NCBI GenBank assembly: GCA_012295275.1
Contig: CM022665.1
Span: forward strand, 11,222,001 to 11,286,000
Reading direction: 5' to 3'
DNA length: 64,000 nucleotides
Source of the DNA: Chrysomallon squamiferum
Lineage: Eukaryota; Animalia; Mollusca
Numbering within the stretch: position 1 is the stretch's first letter; each line of letters opens with the position of its first letter. A program made the position numbers and the translations under genes. The notes beneath the pieces were generated by a model. That model had not been told where the DNA came from, did not search any database, and worked only from the letters and a program-made list of their open reading frames with translations. Positions 63,391 through 64,000 of this stretch are shown here, one piece after another.

Positions 63391-64000
63391 CAATAAACTG
63401 AAAGTTGAAAGAAAATTGTTATTATGTGGTAACTGTTCTGTGTATATATATATATGAATGCGAATGTTTGTCTGCGGTGTGTGTGTTTAATCCAATTACA
63501 AGCCAAGTGCGACGTTTTCAAATATAATTAACCACGTATCCATTGTGTTTCATATTAACACTTTTCACAAACACTGACAAGCTACACGTTAATGAAATTT
63601 ATTAATATCATATCAGGATACCACATAGTTAATTTAGGCGCATTACCTAATATATTCTGTAGGCTAACTTGGCATATAAATAGCCATAATTTGTCCTTTA
63701 CAATTTTCTGTATATTATATACATACATATAGAAAATGTTTTGACTTTCAAGCCATGATGAATAAGACATGGTTAATTAAATTTAAAGCGTCTACCCACA
63801 CATGGAAGAAGCCGTTTTCTACTTGTATTTATATGCTTTTATTGGTCATGATTTATCGCTTACTTCGCTACGTTAATATTTTCGGATGTTTTGCAGTTTG
63901 TAAAATCTACGATGGTTGGAATAACCAGATGGTCCCTAAACAATCTCTGATCTGCGCCTAGGTATTCTACTTTTATTATTACTACTATTACTACTACTGC

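Overview
AT-rich, microsatellite-dense animal genomic DNA; the two 8-cysteine insulin-related precursors point to a mollusc (inference). Four protein-coding genes are supported. (1) An intact, intronless mitochondrial trans-2-enoyl-CoA/ACP reductase (MECR, 6017-7147 +). (2) SPAG17/PF6, a ciliary central-pair protein: 38 coding exons assembled by hand with all phases consistent (8845-39365 +, about 2236 aa), including a minor-spliceosome (U12) AT-AC intron at 37765-38255. (3, 4) Two tail-to-tail molluscan insulin-related peptide genes: ILP-A (50393-51586 +, 131 aa) and ILP-B (62842-58029 -, 112 aa; its A-chain exon is missing from the ORF track). Also present: a hAT (Buster/Charlie-type) transposon remnant, SINE-like dispersed repeats, many intron-specific minisatellites, several duplicated SPAG17 splice junctions, and a CpG-poor/CpG-rich mosaic. 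Most short ORFs in the track are microsatellite artefacts. No rRNA, intact tRNA or CRISPR array was seen, and I found no clear-cut undescribed system; the best leads are the AT-AC intron, the divergent ILP-B, a possible extra ILP exon and the decoy splice sites.
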